Part shown: positions 25,084 through 37,978 of the stretch, piece by piece
Layout: the number at the start of each line of letters is the position of its first letter
How positions within the stretch are numbered: the stretch's first letter is position 1
NCBI GenBank assembly: GCA_951406725.2
Contig: OX597815.1
Coordinates: 130,448,001 to 130,512,000, forward strand
Length of the DNA stretch: 64,000 nt
Reading direction: 5' to 3'
From: Octopus vulgaris
Taxonomy: Eukaryota
Position numbers and translations under genes: made by a program
Notes under the pieces: generated by a model
Database searches by the model: none
What the model was told of the DNA's origin: nothing
Seen by the model: the letters and a program-made list of their open reading frames with translations, nothing else

Positions 25084-25247
25084 GAGGTCATTCGTTTGCT
25101 CCAGCTAATTCTTACATTTCCTGTAAGTTTGCAATAAAAATATTTCTCATCATAAATCGTAAATAATTGGTGAAGTAAAAGGTTTGCTTCTTTTTCGATT
25201 AATCCCTTTCTCGAAGAAAAGTCTTTTCTGTTGATATTAACCGGCAT
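25084..25247 (-). CDS. SPRTN: SPRTN/Spartan-like protease, first recognisable coding exon (MPVNINRKDFSSRKGLIEKEANLLLHQLFTIYDEKYFYCKLTGNVRISWSKRMT+S)
   Basis: Matches the SprT N-terminal pattern L..LF..Y...YF...L..V.I.WS.RMT. Ends in phase 2 at a GTAAGT donor. The frame stays open for about 19 codons upstream of the ATG, so the true start is uncertain. Confidence 0.88.
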
Positions 25248-25992
25248 AGTTTCGTCTTTTCTCTTGATATTATACGGCTTAGTTCCCGGCTTCCTCTCGC
25301 TATACTATTAACAACAACGTGAAAATCTAAAGTGCCAAACTTTTCTTTATATAATAATCTTGATATTATTTGCATATTTTGGGAGATACCATTTTGAAGT
25401 TGCGAGATGTTCTAAGTGCATTTATAAATATTTACATTATCTAGTTGGGATCAATAAACAACGGGATCGATTACTATCACAGCAAGAGTGTCCAGAATTA
25501 AAAGTTGGAATTTGTTTGTTTGCATTTTATTGTGACCCTTCACATTGTTATTTAAATTAAGAGGAAAATTATTTTCATCGTATTATTTTATGCTTTTTTT
25601 TTTTTTTTTGTAGCTTTAGTTTTTCTCTACAGTTTTTGCTTATCGTTTTTGAACTGAATAAATTTTACCGTTTTTCATTAATATGACGGAATGTCAAGAA
25701 GAAACCAAAAAAACGAACAAATTCATCTGCCAACCCGATATATATTCTTTTATTCTTTTATTTGTTTCGGTCATTTGACTGCGGCCATGCTGGAGCAACG
25801 CCTTTTTTAATCGAAAAAAATCGACCCTAGGCCTTATTCTCTATAAGTCAAGTACTTATTCTATCGGTCTCTTTTCGCTAGGTTACGGGGACGTAAACAC
25901 ACCAATATGGGTTGTCAAGCGATGGTGGAGGTACAAACACAGACACACAAACATATACATACATACATACATACATACATACATACATAATG

Positions 25993-26046
<54 letters not shown>

Positions 26047-26187
26047 CATACGTGGGCTTCTTTTAGTTTCCGTCTTCCACATCCACTCACAAGGCTTTGG
26101 TCAGCCCGAGGCTATAGTAGAAGACACTTGCCCAAAGCGCCAAGCAGTGGGATTGAACCCAGAACTATGTGGTTGGGAAGCAAGCTT

Positions 26188-27658
26188 TTTTATTTCTTTT
26201 AAATTGCCACAAAGGCATTACATAGATGGGGACACAACAACAGATGTGGGGACATATAACAATTAAAATTAAAATATGATGCTATGAATGACACATGAAA
26301 ATGAACATGAAAAGCATTAAAATCAAAATATTAAAATAATGACACATGAATGATAACTTGAGAAATGAGAATATGAAAAGTGTGTACCCCACACTGAGTA
26401 ACACCACTCGCCACCTCTGAGTTCTGAGTCCTCTTTAGTCTTTGATCTAGTCTTTCGTTTACCGTCTTCTCCATCGCTGAGTGACAACACTTTCTCCTCC
26501 ATGTATACGTAACCTTTTTCACCGGGAGAGGGGTCTTGTAAATTTTGTGATGTCCATTCTTTCTTCTTTTTTCTTGTGGGGAGAGGGGGTGGGTGGGTTG
26601 GTCTGAGTGGTCTTGGGTAGGATGGAGTTGGTCTGGGGTCCCACATCACACTGACTGTTCTTCCTCTTCTTTCTATTTTTCCTTTTATTCTCTGTTACTG
26701 TCCATTCATCCTCCTTGTTCCTTCCTTTTTCTCCTCCGTCTCCACCACCGCTTCTTCTGTCGTTTTCCTCTGCAGAGGGCAGTGCGCTCTAATGTGGCCG
26801 TTTTGGCCACATTTAAAACATCGTGGGATTCTGCCCTACACCCACACTCTTAACACAATCTCTCCCAACGTCACCGTCTCCACCAAACTCTCCAATTGCT
26901 TCTCCTCTGCCTGTATAATGAGGTCCAGTCTTTTTCCTCTCCATCCTCCGTCCTCCGTTTCCGTGGCTTGGAGGACAGCCACCTCCTCCTCCTCCTCCTC
27001 ATTTCCAAGCCGCTTCTATATCGGATGGAATTCCTTCTACCCTCACCTTAGAAGTCTTTCTTCCAAGGTACATGGGCAGAAGTACCATTTCCTCCGTTTT
27101 TACAGTTGCACTCGCCAGCCTCTTTGCCTCCTCCGCTGTCTGAAACTGGACAACCACCGTCCCATATCCATTTCCTTTCGCTATGTATGTCACTTCCTTC
27201 GAAAGCTCCTTCAATGCTTTTTCTACTTTTTCCATCTCCACCTTCCTACTCTCCGCTCCACCATCCTACTCTCCGCTCAACCTTCCTACTCTCTGTTCCA
27301 CCTTCCTACTCTCCACTGAGTACACCTTCTTTTCCATATTTTCCATTACCCTTTTCGGGGGTAATAACTTTACGTCACCGCCCATCATCTGTGTTATATT
27401 ACTCAGCTCTTTCAGTCCGGCTAGATCCACCTCCCTTTTTTTAACCTCTGCAGCCTCAGCAAAACTCTTTACCCTTTCCAAATGCTCGTCCATTCTATTT
27501 ACCGCCTTAACGAGCTCCTCTTCCACTGAGGATAACTCTTACTCGCTAAGGTCTGAATACATTGTTTTTACCGGTATAACACCCGCTGCCAAGCAGCACA
27601 AAAAATTCCGTCCGACTCGTCAAAAATCAACACAGCGAATACACAGACGCATGCGCGA
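26188..27658 (-). mobile_element. ORF1-only L1/Tx1-like non-LTR element, pseudogenised, inserted in a SINE head
   Basis: 11-bp target duplication GAAGCAAGCTT (26177-26187 and 27659-27669) and an A-rich 3' end. Stop-interrupted ORF from about 27562 with an RRM-like segment and a CCHC knuckle CFKCGQNGHIRAHC. Confidence 0.8.
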
Positions 27659-28930
27659 GAAGCAAGCTTCTTACCACATCCACTCCTGTAGGATATGTAG
27701 CATATGTTCTTTTACTTGTTTCAGTTATTTGACTGCGGCTGTGCTGGAGCACCGCCTTTTGTCGAAAACATCGACTCCAGGACTTATTCTTTGTAAATCT
27801 AGTACTTATTCTATCGGTCTCTTGCGCCGAACTGCTGAGTTATGGGGACAAAAACATACCAGCATCGGTTGTCAAGCGATGATCGGAGAACAAACAGACA
27901 CACAAATATATATATATATATATATATGGCGGGTTTCTTTCAGTTTCCCTCTACCAAATCCCCTCGTAACCGACGGAGTGCCATCCATGTATATATGTAT
28001 GTATGCTTTATGTGAATGTGAGTACATTTATATGTGTATGTAAATTCATATGAGTGAAAAATACTGTCGTTTGAAACGTGCGGTAGTATCTAGCCAACCT
28101 TTGTTTTTAGTTTCCTTTCTCTTGTTGCCGGTCTAACATCTTCAAACAGTTAGAAAATGGCATTCGTGTTACATCAACATTTGTCAGTATATAATTTTTG
28201 TAAGACAGTTTATGGTATTATCCTGAAAATGCAGTTCCGTTTCTATTGCCAGTTCAGGTGCCAATAATCTTTCAATAATGTTAATTAATAATTATAAAAA
28301 CCAAAGCTTACGAAACTAGGGTTTATTTTAATGTTTTACAGACTTATCAGTGCAGCCAACTCTGGCCAGTTTATTACTTTGTCGATTGTTGATAAACCTC
28401 TAATCTAATTCGGAGACTGACAGCAGCTAATCACAGCTGATTGCAGATGAAAATGATTTCTACCATCAGCAACTTAAGCCAGAAATAGCATACTGTGTTA
28501 AACACGGATTTCTGTTCAGACGAGAATATGTGTTTCAAACATAAATTGCGCAATTAACAGTCTTGAAGATAATCATATAATAAAGATTGATTCTAGAAAC
28601 ATTTGCTGTGCAACATATGTAACATATCATTGTTTCAATATCAACTGTTTTTCTAAATATGAATTAACTATGTCTGTAAGCCCAAGCACCCGCAAAACTA
28701 TATAAATCATTGTTCGCCATCTTACTGGGAAGTATTGCATAACATTTATTTTGAGACCTAACAGCTAAATCTCCCACAAACCACAAACCTCTGTCAGTCA
28801 GGAAACGTTGTAGAGTAAGATAGCTTGAAATGAAATGGCTGTGTCAAACGTCCCTCTTCTCTGTGTGGAATAGTGGAATAAGGAGAGCGGAGGAGGGGAA
28901 TGACACACACACACACACACACACACATGA

Positions 28931-28969
<39 letters not shown>

Positions 28970-29111
28970 GTGAGAGAGAGAGAGGAGGGGGGGGAAGCGA
29001 TGGAGATGATGGCGGCTGTACATTTGTATGACGTGAAATTCAGTCATCTTTCAGTCTCGGTATTTCTATTTTTCTTTCTCTATGTATTTCTGGCATAGAC
29101 GATTCACATCA

Positions 29112-29187
<76 letters not shown>

Positions 29188-29606
29188 GATGAAGGCTGGA
29201 GGGTATATCAGCCGAAATGTTGTGTTAACAACAAACAAGTTGAGAACAAATATCCATCAAATGTAAATAATGTAAATAATATAAATAAAAGGACATCCAC
29301 CTTTACATTTGTGACTGCGGCGGACTGGAAAATGCGATTGATACAAAATGATAAATCACATGATAAATACCTCGCGGAATTTAACTACAATCCTTTATGC
29401 CCTGAGTTCAAATCCTGCCGTATTCGACCTTGCTTTTCACATTTGTTAAGTCGTTAAATCAAGAACATGTTATGTACTGCGGTAAATATCATTGATAAAA
29501 TAAAGTACAAGTCAATCAATGGGGTAAGAGTAATTGACTTTCCCCACCCCAACCCGCGCGCCCAAAACTCTTGGCCTTGTGCTAAGATTAGAAAGAATTA
29601 TTAATA

Positions 29607-29993
29607 ATTATGCAGGTGTGTCGGGGGAGGGGATCGAGGATATTTTGGGGGGGTGTTGCCAAAAATTGACACAAGCATTGTTCATCATAATTAACCTCAG
29701 TGATTACATATACATCGTGGCTGTATGGTAAGTAGCTTGCTTGCCAACCACATGGTTCCGGGTTCAGTCCTACTGCATGGCACCTTGGGCAACTACGCGC
29801 TCATCGGAATGCTCTGGTTATTATAGTGGGCAGCGCCACCGCCGATATTCTGCAAGGCTTCGATGTATATGTAACCACTGAGGTTAATTATAATGAAGAA
29901 TGCTTATGTCAATTTTTCGTAACACCCACAAACTTTTGGGCAACGCCCCCAAAAATATCCTCGATCTCCTCCCCCCACACACACCTGCATAAT
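29607..29993. mobile_element. fold-back/MITE-like element with about 110-bp inverted arms enclosing a SINE head
   Basis: 29609-29718 is an inverted copy of 29861-29993. Confidence 0.75.
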
Positions 29994-30448
29994 ATATATA
30001 TACATATGTGTGTGTGTCTTTGTGTGAATGTGTTTGTCCCCCACCATTACTTGACAACCGAAGTTGGTGTGCTTACGTCCCCGTAAGTTAGCGGTTGGGC
30101 AAAAGAGACCAATAGAATAAGTACTAGGCTTTCAAAGAATGAGTCCTGGGGTCGATTTCTTAGATTAAAGGCGGTGCTCCAGCATGGCCGCAGTCAAATG
30201 ACTGGAACAAATAAAAGAGTAAAAAAAGTAAGGTGGGAATCGCAATTCGTAACAAATAGATACATTTTTAAGTATTCTAACTTTGTTTTAGCAGACCATA
30301 TGCATATAAAACTTTAATGCTGTTAAACTGCCGGAAATAAAATAACAATGTTATATCTGATGTCAGCTTGGCTAGAAAGGGTGTTGCCCAGGCAACTAGG
30401 GCGACACCCCTACATCCGCCACTGTTACGTCACTAATTGTTAAATATA

Positions 30449-30676
30449 CAGGGTTGGCCAAAAGTCACCCGACAGTAAATCAAAATTCCATAAATACTAT
30501 CTGTAATTCTGTATTGACTTGAATGGAAAAATGTGTCGCTCAAGAAGGACTTCAGTTTGAACGATTTTCACGATGTTTCATATTTAGATGATTTTATTAA
30601 ATTCATTCAGTTGTTAAACATAAAATCTTGGAATTAAATGGTTTTAGTTTACTGCCAGGTGTTTTTGGCCAGCCAG
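30449..30676. mobile_element. Tc1/mariner-like MITE
   Basis: TA flanks; imperfect inverted ends CAGGGTTGGCCAAAA...CAGTAAA. Confidence 0.7.
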
Positions 30677-30775
30677 TATATATTCACCTATCATATTTCC
30701 CTTTGTACTTCCTATATCTACCCCTTTCCAAAATATTTAACTCTACTATTTCCTTCTATTTAATTCTCTCATATC

Positions 30776-30823
30776 GTCTCTGATGATGGGACGTCTGTTA
30801 TATCCTTGAAACAGCTGTAAGAC
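30776..30823 (+). ncRNA. minimal type I hammerhead-ribozyme-like motif (Penelope-type)
   Basis: gtct-CTGATGA-stem II-GAAAC-AGCT-GTA-agac. Helix I pairs and helix III is palindromic; the base of stem II is mismatched. Confidence 0.6.
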
Positions 30824-31128
30824 TACCTTTCTCTTTATAAATGTTCTAGAAATTTCACTCTGCTTTGGCTTTGTTGTCTCATTTTTTAACATATACACAC
30901 TCATACACGACCCTTGTTAGACACCTCACTCATACTATTATCGAACCAGGAGTCTAACAGCGCTCCTTCCGTAGCACTTACATAGCCTTACCTGTCTTTT
31001 GGGTCTTCTGGATACCAAAACTTCTTAACTAAATATTCTAAATATATCGCCTTTGTGTTATCACACTGACCAAATAAATCATTACCGTATAATAACCATG
31101 TCATCTCTAATTAAACACTAAACTATTA

Positions 31129-31199
<71 letters not shown>

Positions 31200-31286
31200 A
31201 GAGATTCTGTTCGTTTGTGTGCTTGTTTGTCCCATAAATGAAAGTAAATGGTTCAATGGAGGCAACACAAAATTGTGCACAAACCT

Positions 31287-31485
31287 ATGACAAACTGCAT
31301 TGAGGCAAATATTCTCACTGGTTGTGGTAAAAGTGATACCGTCTCCGTTCCTCGAATACCAGTTATACCATCTAATGTCCCATTCAAATTTTAGACCTTA
31401 CACTTTCCTATTCCGCTTTCTTTTGCAATCAGCATTAATAAAAGCCAGGGCCAAACACTAAAAGTTGCTGGATTACTGCTTGAAT
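31287..31485 (+). pseudogene. Helitron PIF1-family helicase remnant
   Basis: Translates as IEANILTGCGKSDTVSVPRIPVIPSNVPFKF*...SFAISINK/SQGQTLKVAG, with a stop and a frameshift. Confidence 0.85.
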
Positions 31486-31859
31486 GACAAACAGTAGTTC
31501 GTATATGAAATTCATCATTTTTCTACTTCAGTTATTACATGTTTTTCTCTTATGTAATACACGCATACAGGACGAATAAACTTAAATCTGACTGACAGAA
31601 CACAGCATTTGTAATTCAATTTGCATGTCATTATTGTACTAATAAATAAAATAAGACATACAATTTGTAACGAACTTCGTGAGTGAATATCTTCTCTTGT
31701 ACTTTCGGGGTACAAGAAAGCAATCACTAGCCGTTGCTTTAATAATCCAGAATTCTACCAGTCAGAAACAAGAAGACGCAGACGTAAAATATATATATAC
31801 TACTTTATTCTCTTTCTTGGTAACAATAACAATAAGTGGTTATCTGATGTCCTTGGTTC

Positions 31860-32260
31860 GGGGCGCGCAAGGCTGAAAGTTAATCGATTGTAATATTTAC
31901 AATATTCAGCCGCTAAAACCAGAACGGGTTCAAGATGGCGTCGAACAGGGAAGTTGAATGTGGTCGGCAACAATTTGGTTAAAGGCATTCGGCCGACTGC
32001 TGCTAGAATCAAGTCCTGACGGAGAGAGAATATACGTGACCGTTGCCTTCGATAGCCATGTCTCAAAGTCCCGCTGCTGCTGCTAGCGGTCAAACGTTCT
32101 ACGACCCCCTTGCCTCGCTAACTGCTACGTAGGCAATAGGGTTCTTCTTCCGGTGCTTCGCGCATGCGCGAGAGGGCCCTTCCTTTCTGTGCCTTGGTGA
32201 AGGCACCAACACTCGCACGCGCGAAATAGAAAATGGACGGTGCGCGCGCGCGCACCGTTA
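31860..32260 (-). promoter_or_regulatory. CpG-rich promoter-like island
   Basis: NRF1-type TCGCGCATGCGCGA (32158-32171), ETS-type CTTCCGGT (32147-32154), YY1-type AAGATGGCG (31932-31940), 22-bp palindrome (32237-32258). Possible minus-strand GTATGT donor at 31656-31661. Orientation is inferred. Confidence 0.6.
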
Positions 32261-33831
32261 TAGGATCACTACAAATTCATTATTATCATATAATAAACAA
32301 ACACAAATTCATGTATGAATTTGAACTTTTTCCTACTTCGATTATTACATGTTTTTTTCTCTTATATAACTTCTTATATCTTCACAAGCTGTAACTCAGA
32401 GCTTCACGTTCCCGCTCGTCGCAAAGATGTGTGTGTGTATGTGTGTATTCATTTCTTCATTTACTTGTTTCAGTCATTTGATTGCGGTCATGCTGGAGCA
32501 CCGCTTTTAGTCGAACAAATCGCCCCCAGGACTTATTCTTTGTAAGCCTAGTACTTATTCTATTTGTCTCTTTTGCCGAACCGCTATGTTACGGGGACGT
32601 AAACACACCAGCATCAGTTGTCAAGCGATGGTGGGGGACTTCTTTCAGTTTCCGTCTACCAAATCCACTCACAAGGCTTTGGTCGGCCCGAAGCTATAGT
32701 AGAAGACACTTGCCCTAGGTGCCTCACAGAAGAACTGAACCCGGAACCATGTAGTTGGTAAGCAAGCTTCTTACCACACAGCCACGATGTATATGTAATC
32801 ATTGAGGTTAATTATGATGAAGGACGCTTGTGTCAATTTGGGCGCATGAGCGTCAAGTTCGATCAACTGAACGAGCAACTTATTGAATTAGATTACTTTG
32901 TGGATGAAAATTCCACAGACTCGTGTATCCTTAACGTAATTCTGAACTAGAAACATCGTGATACATGACAAGCTTGGACCTTTGAATTCCAAGTACAATT
33001 CACCCGACGAGGTCTCATACAATTTCTGTCCATCCTATTTTACTCATTAAGACTGGGTATACCAGCAACTATAATATTGACTTCAAATTTTGGCACAAGG
33101 CCAAAAATATCGGGAGAAGGGATAAGTAGATTACATCGACCCCAGTGCTCAACTGGTACTTATTTTATCGACCCCGAAAGAATAAAAGGCAAAGTCGCAT
33201 TTGAACTCAGAGCATAAAGACGGACGAAATGCCGCTAAGCAGTCAGCTCCGCGTGCTAATGTCCCTGCCAGCTTGCCGCTTTACCTGAGACGATAATATA
33301 GCTAGATGCCATGCAATGATCTTCGAACCCGAGATCTTATGACTGCAATGCGAAGTTCTTAACCACTCTACAATTCATAGGAACTATCTGTATAAGGAAC
33401 AGAAGTTAAGTCAGTACGCACTTAATCCTGTGAGCATCAAATATCTAATTAAAAACATTTGTTGTTATGTAAGAATCTAATGTTATGGTGTCAGTACATG
33501 ATTAAAAGAAATAAAGTCTTAGCGTAATTGTTTTGGTTGATATTATTGGATTCCTGATTCCTGGATGAGATTAAACTACATTAATGATGTAAATAATCGA
33601 TTCTGGAAATCTTTTCCTCCAACGCTTCACTGAGTTTAATACATCACTGAACATTTTGGATATTTATCGTTTGAATTATAAGTAGTTAAGATTGTTCTTT
33701 CTTTCCTTCTCTCCTTCCTTATAGATACATACATACATACATACATACATACATACATACATACGTACATACATACAGACACAGACACACACACAGACAC
33801 ACAGACACACACACACACAGACACACACACA

Positions 33832-34040
33832 CGAGAGGGTGGCTGAAAAGTTCCTGGTTTTAAGGATATCTGCGCGAAAGGCCTGGCTGGAGGCCCAAAC
33901 TTTCGAGTTCTTTTACGGGGCTTAGAATAAATAAAGGACCGCTGCAATAAGTGTGTGAATCTGAGAGGGGAATATGTTGAACAAAATCATAACTTACGGA
34001 TCCCCCTGTATTTTCTTTTACCCAAAGCCAGGAACTTTTA
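33832..34040. mobile_element. mariner-like MITE
   Basis: Inverted AAAAGTTCCTGG.TTT arms. Confidence 0.6.
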
Positions 34041-34227
34041 TATACATTTATTCATATATTATATATGTGCAGGAGTGGCTGTGTGGTAAGTAGCTTGCTT
34101 ACCAACCACATGGTTCCGGGTTCAGTTCCACTGCATGGCACCTTAGGCAAATGTCTTCTACTATAGCCTCAGGCCAGCCAAAGCCTTGTGAGTGGATTTG
34201 GTAGAAGGAAACTGAAAGAAGCCCGTC

Positions 34228-34271
<44 letters not shown>

Positions 34272-34729
34272 GTGTGTGTGTCTTTGTGTGTTTACGTCCC
34301 CGTAACTTAGCGGTTTTATAGAATAAGTACCAGGCTTGCAAAGAATAAGTCCTGAGGTCAATCTGCTCGACTAAAGGCGTTGCTCCAGTCAAATGACTGC
34401 TTTCTTTTGCCAAAAACAACTATGAACTTTGCATTTCCATTTGCCGTGAAATTTTTTCTGCATTGAAATCTGTTTTGCATGAACATTTTTCAACCATTTC
34501 TCATTTATTGTATAATATAATTATTTTAGTTTGTCTTGTTTGTTTTCGTCATTGTTCTGTACGTTCGTTAGCTATTCCCCGTGACTTTTTTGCTCTGGCG
34601 CCTCCAATGAACGATAACGACGCTAAACTGTTGTGATGCCTTGGACGTTGACTGATGAGAAATTAGCTACGAATTTCCCATGTGTTTGATTTTGTCAAAT
34701 TATCCGATTTTATAAAAATTCTTGATATA

Positions 34730-35551
34730 CAGGGTGCGGTGAATAAACTGTCTAAATTAAGCAGAAATGAAGATACAACACAGACATGTCATTTTAACAG
34801 ATATATTTATCAAAATTACATTAAAATATCTTAAAATATTAAAGAGTAAATTTATTCAATAAAATTGCCATTGATTTCAACCACGGCCCAAGACACCTTC
34901 GGAATCTGCAACTCTTCTGGATGGTCTCTTTATTTAAGTTGGTGAATACTGCCTTAATCCTTGCCCTCAGTTCATCTTTGGTGTTACAAGGCGTTTGTTG
35001 GTTTCTATCTCAACTTTTCCCCACACATAATAATCAAGTGGGTTGCAGTCTGAGGAGTTGGGTGGCCAGATGTTAGGGGTAATGTGGTTGCAGAAATTGT
35101 TTGAAAGTCATGAATTGGTTCCCCAGCTTGTGTGGCATGGTGCAGAGTCCTGTTCAGGCATAGGGTCTTCCAGTAGCCATCCTCTTGACCCAGCGCAGCA
35201 CTACCTCCTCCAGGCACTTGGTAGGCCTCTGTGTTGAGTCTGAAGCCGTGTGGGAAGATGACTGGAGGCATAACGTCGCCATCGCTAGTGATCACTCTAG
35301 ACACCATGATGTTAATTGGATGTTTGATTTTTGTCACTCTCAGGGCGATTTTTATCACTTCCGGCGCGAATGCCAAACAGTATAGCATATCGTTTCCAAA
35401 TTTCTGACAGAGTGAACTGCGTCATGGTGTTTTTTCTCATTGACGGTGCACAACTGACCCTACCATACAGTCTAGTCGACAAAATTAAAAACAAACAATG
35501 CGCATGCGCGAAATTGATAGTATAAGATGTTGACAATTGTCTCTGTGTGTG
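34730..35551 (-). mobile_element. deleted Tc1/mariner-superfamily transposon with transposase remnant
   Basis: TA|CAGGGTG end. Frameshifted minus-strand pieces VITSDGDVMPP, QDSAPCH and WPPNSSDCNPLDYYVW. Confidence 0.85.
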
Positions 35552-35590
<39 letters not shown>

Positions 35591-35612
35591 CATACATACA
35601 TACATACATACA

Positions 35613-35644
<32 letters not shown>

Positions 35645-36685
35645 CATATACATATATACATATACATATATATATGGGGAAAAAATAAGTTCAAAAAAGA
35701 ACAACTCAAACATTTTCGGAGGTCCAAAAAGAGAGAAAGAATGATTTCTAATAAAGATTCATCATATTCATAAAAAGCATCCAGAGCAAGTAATAAGAAT
35801 ATGAAAATTGTAGTTGAAAAATATTGTTATATGTATAAATATATCATAAACAATTATAGAAAAGTGGAGGAGAAAAAGATGCTGCATCAAAATTAGATTT
35901 AATACAAAATAAGATTCAATACATACGCACATTTCAAAGGACAATACAAATATGTAACAAAAAAATTATAATCATAGTAATTATAATAAAATTTATGCAT
36001 TGTCATTCTCATCAGTGTGAAGAATTTTTGAAAGGACATCAAAAAAAGTTTAATAAAATAAAGTAATGTAAAATAAGATACAATAAGGGAGGATACAAGT
36101 GGGATAATCGGGAAAAAAATCGGATATTTGCAAGCAAGTTTTAAAAGAGGAAAAAATAACAGTAATAATAATAATGAGAGAGGCGGAAAATGAAAAAAAG
36201 ACGGACATATAAATGTGTATGCACGTCTATATGTGCAGTAAACTATAACATCAAAATAAGAATAAAAATCTAATGAATGTGTTTTAAAAAATGGTAACAG
36301 GCCAAGATGAAGTATAATGTAAACAGGGCCACGTGTGTATAGTAGAATATAACGTAACAGGTGCACTAGCAGAAAAACCATAGAGAGTTATACATATACA
36401 AATTAATATCGAAAAACGGAAAAATTTATATATATATATATATTACACGATGCTAAAAGTGATAGGCAAGACTGTTTGAAAAAAATATTTAAGTAAAAAT
36501 GTACATACAAGCAGAGAAAAAAACAAAGAGAACTTAACAAGGAAAAAACATCGATCACAGACAAGACCGGCCGATGTATTCGAGAGAGTTACCTTACTCA
36601 AAAACTAGCCCGCGGTAGGGGAGACAATCAGAAAAAAAGTAGGAACAAAAATGAATGTATGAAGGAGAAAATTATTATACATTTA

Positions 36686-37663
36686 GGATCTTTTCTTTTT
36701 GAAGGCCAGATTTTCCTAGTTAACTAAGAAATTTGAAACTTCGTTTACTGGTAGAATGTGTCAAAAGAAAACATTATTGTAAACAAAATTGAAAACAAAA
36801 TTGTAATTCGTAACTTAAACGTAGTTTAATTTTAAGAATTTTAACCAATGAAATCGCAGCATTTGAGCTCAAATTATTTACCTCTTCTTCTGTCTTCTAC
36901 ATGTGCTAGAAATAACAGCTATATCTCTTAAATCGATGAATTTCGTCGCCCAATAAAAATATTAACGATATTTTTTTAATATCTTTATTTTTTTTTACCA
37001 AAAAGGCTTCTCCCGTGGTTTTGAAGGGCCAGAAACAACAAAAACAAAACAATAATATGCCTAAATCGGTCTCGAGTTTGCGCGTGGAGTGTGAGTCGTA
37101 TTGTAAAAATTTGCGAAATATTTTTTCATAAAAGGATGCCCCCAGCTTGTCGGAAGCTGTGATATAAATTGGGAAAAAAATCCTCGACACCAGTGCGTAA
37201 TTGGTACTTAATTTATCGACCCCGAAACGATAAAACATTGACCCCCCCCCCCTCTGTGCAAATCTGTGCAAGTGGCAAAACACAACGTGTATTTTTGCTT
37301 GTGTGCGTATGTGTGTGTATGTATATGTCCGTTTGCCTGTGTGTGTACGCTTATATATTAATTACTATGTGCTTGTGCAAATGTGTGTGTGTGTGTGTGT
37401 GTCGTGTGTGTCGTGCGTCTGCTATATTTCTTTATCAATATCGATAACGCAGCAATGTTGGGATTTCATTGGTTAATATTCGAAGATGTTGGGATTTCAT
37501 TGGTTAAAATTCGTAAAAATTAAACTACGTTTAAGTTACAAATTACAATTTTGTTTTCAATTTTGTTTACAATAATGTTTTCTTTTGACACATTCTACCA
37601 GTATACGAAGTTTCAAATTGTTTAGTTAACTTGGAAAATCTGGCCTTCAAAAAGAAAAGATCC
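36686..37663. mobile_element. Mutator/foldback-like non-autonomous element with about 175-bp TIRs
   Basis: 36686-36861 is an inverted copy of about 37486-37663; GG..CC ends; flanks TACATTTA / TAAATTTA. Confidence 0.85.
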
Positions 37664-37928
37664 TAAATTTACAAGTGATAGAAAAAACGTATACACTTAA
37701 CACATAAGGATATACAGTCATACACATACACATACATACCTACACAATACACACACAAACAAAACCGTGCATACACTCACACATACACATACAGGGGTGC
37801 AAGCGTGAGGGATAAACAAGATACAGCAAGTAAAATAAAGAAGTACGTATTCACATAAGACTATATAAGTATAGATACATATACTCACATACATACACAC
37901 ACATATATACATATATATACACATACAC

Positions 37929-37978
<50 letters not shown>

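Noticed and set aside
26792-28043. Plus-strand 175-aa and 286-aa ORFs
   Set aside because: Antisense shadows of the purine-rich retroelement ORF1, running into SINE sequence.
35899-36381. 160-aa hydrophobic ORF
   Set aside because: T-rich low-complexity strand with no recognisable motif.
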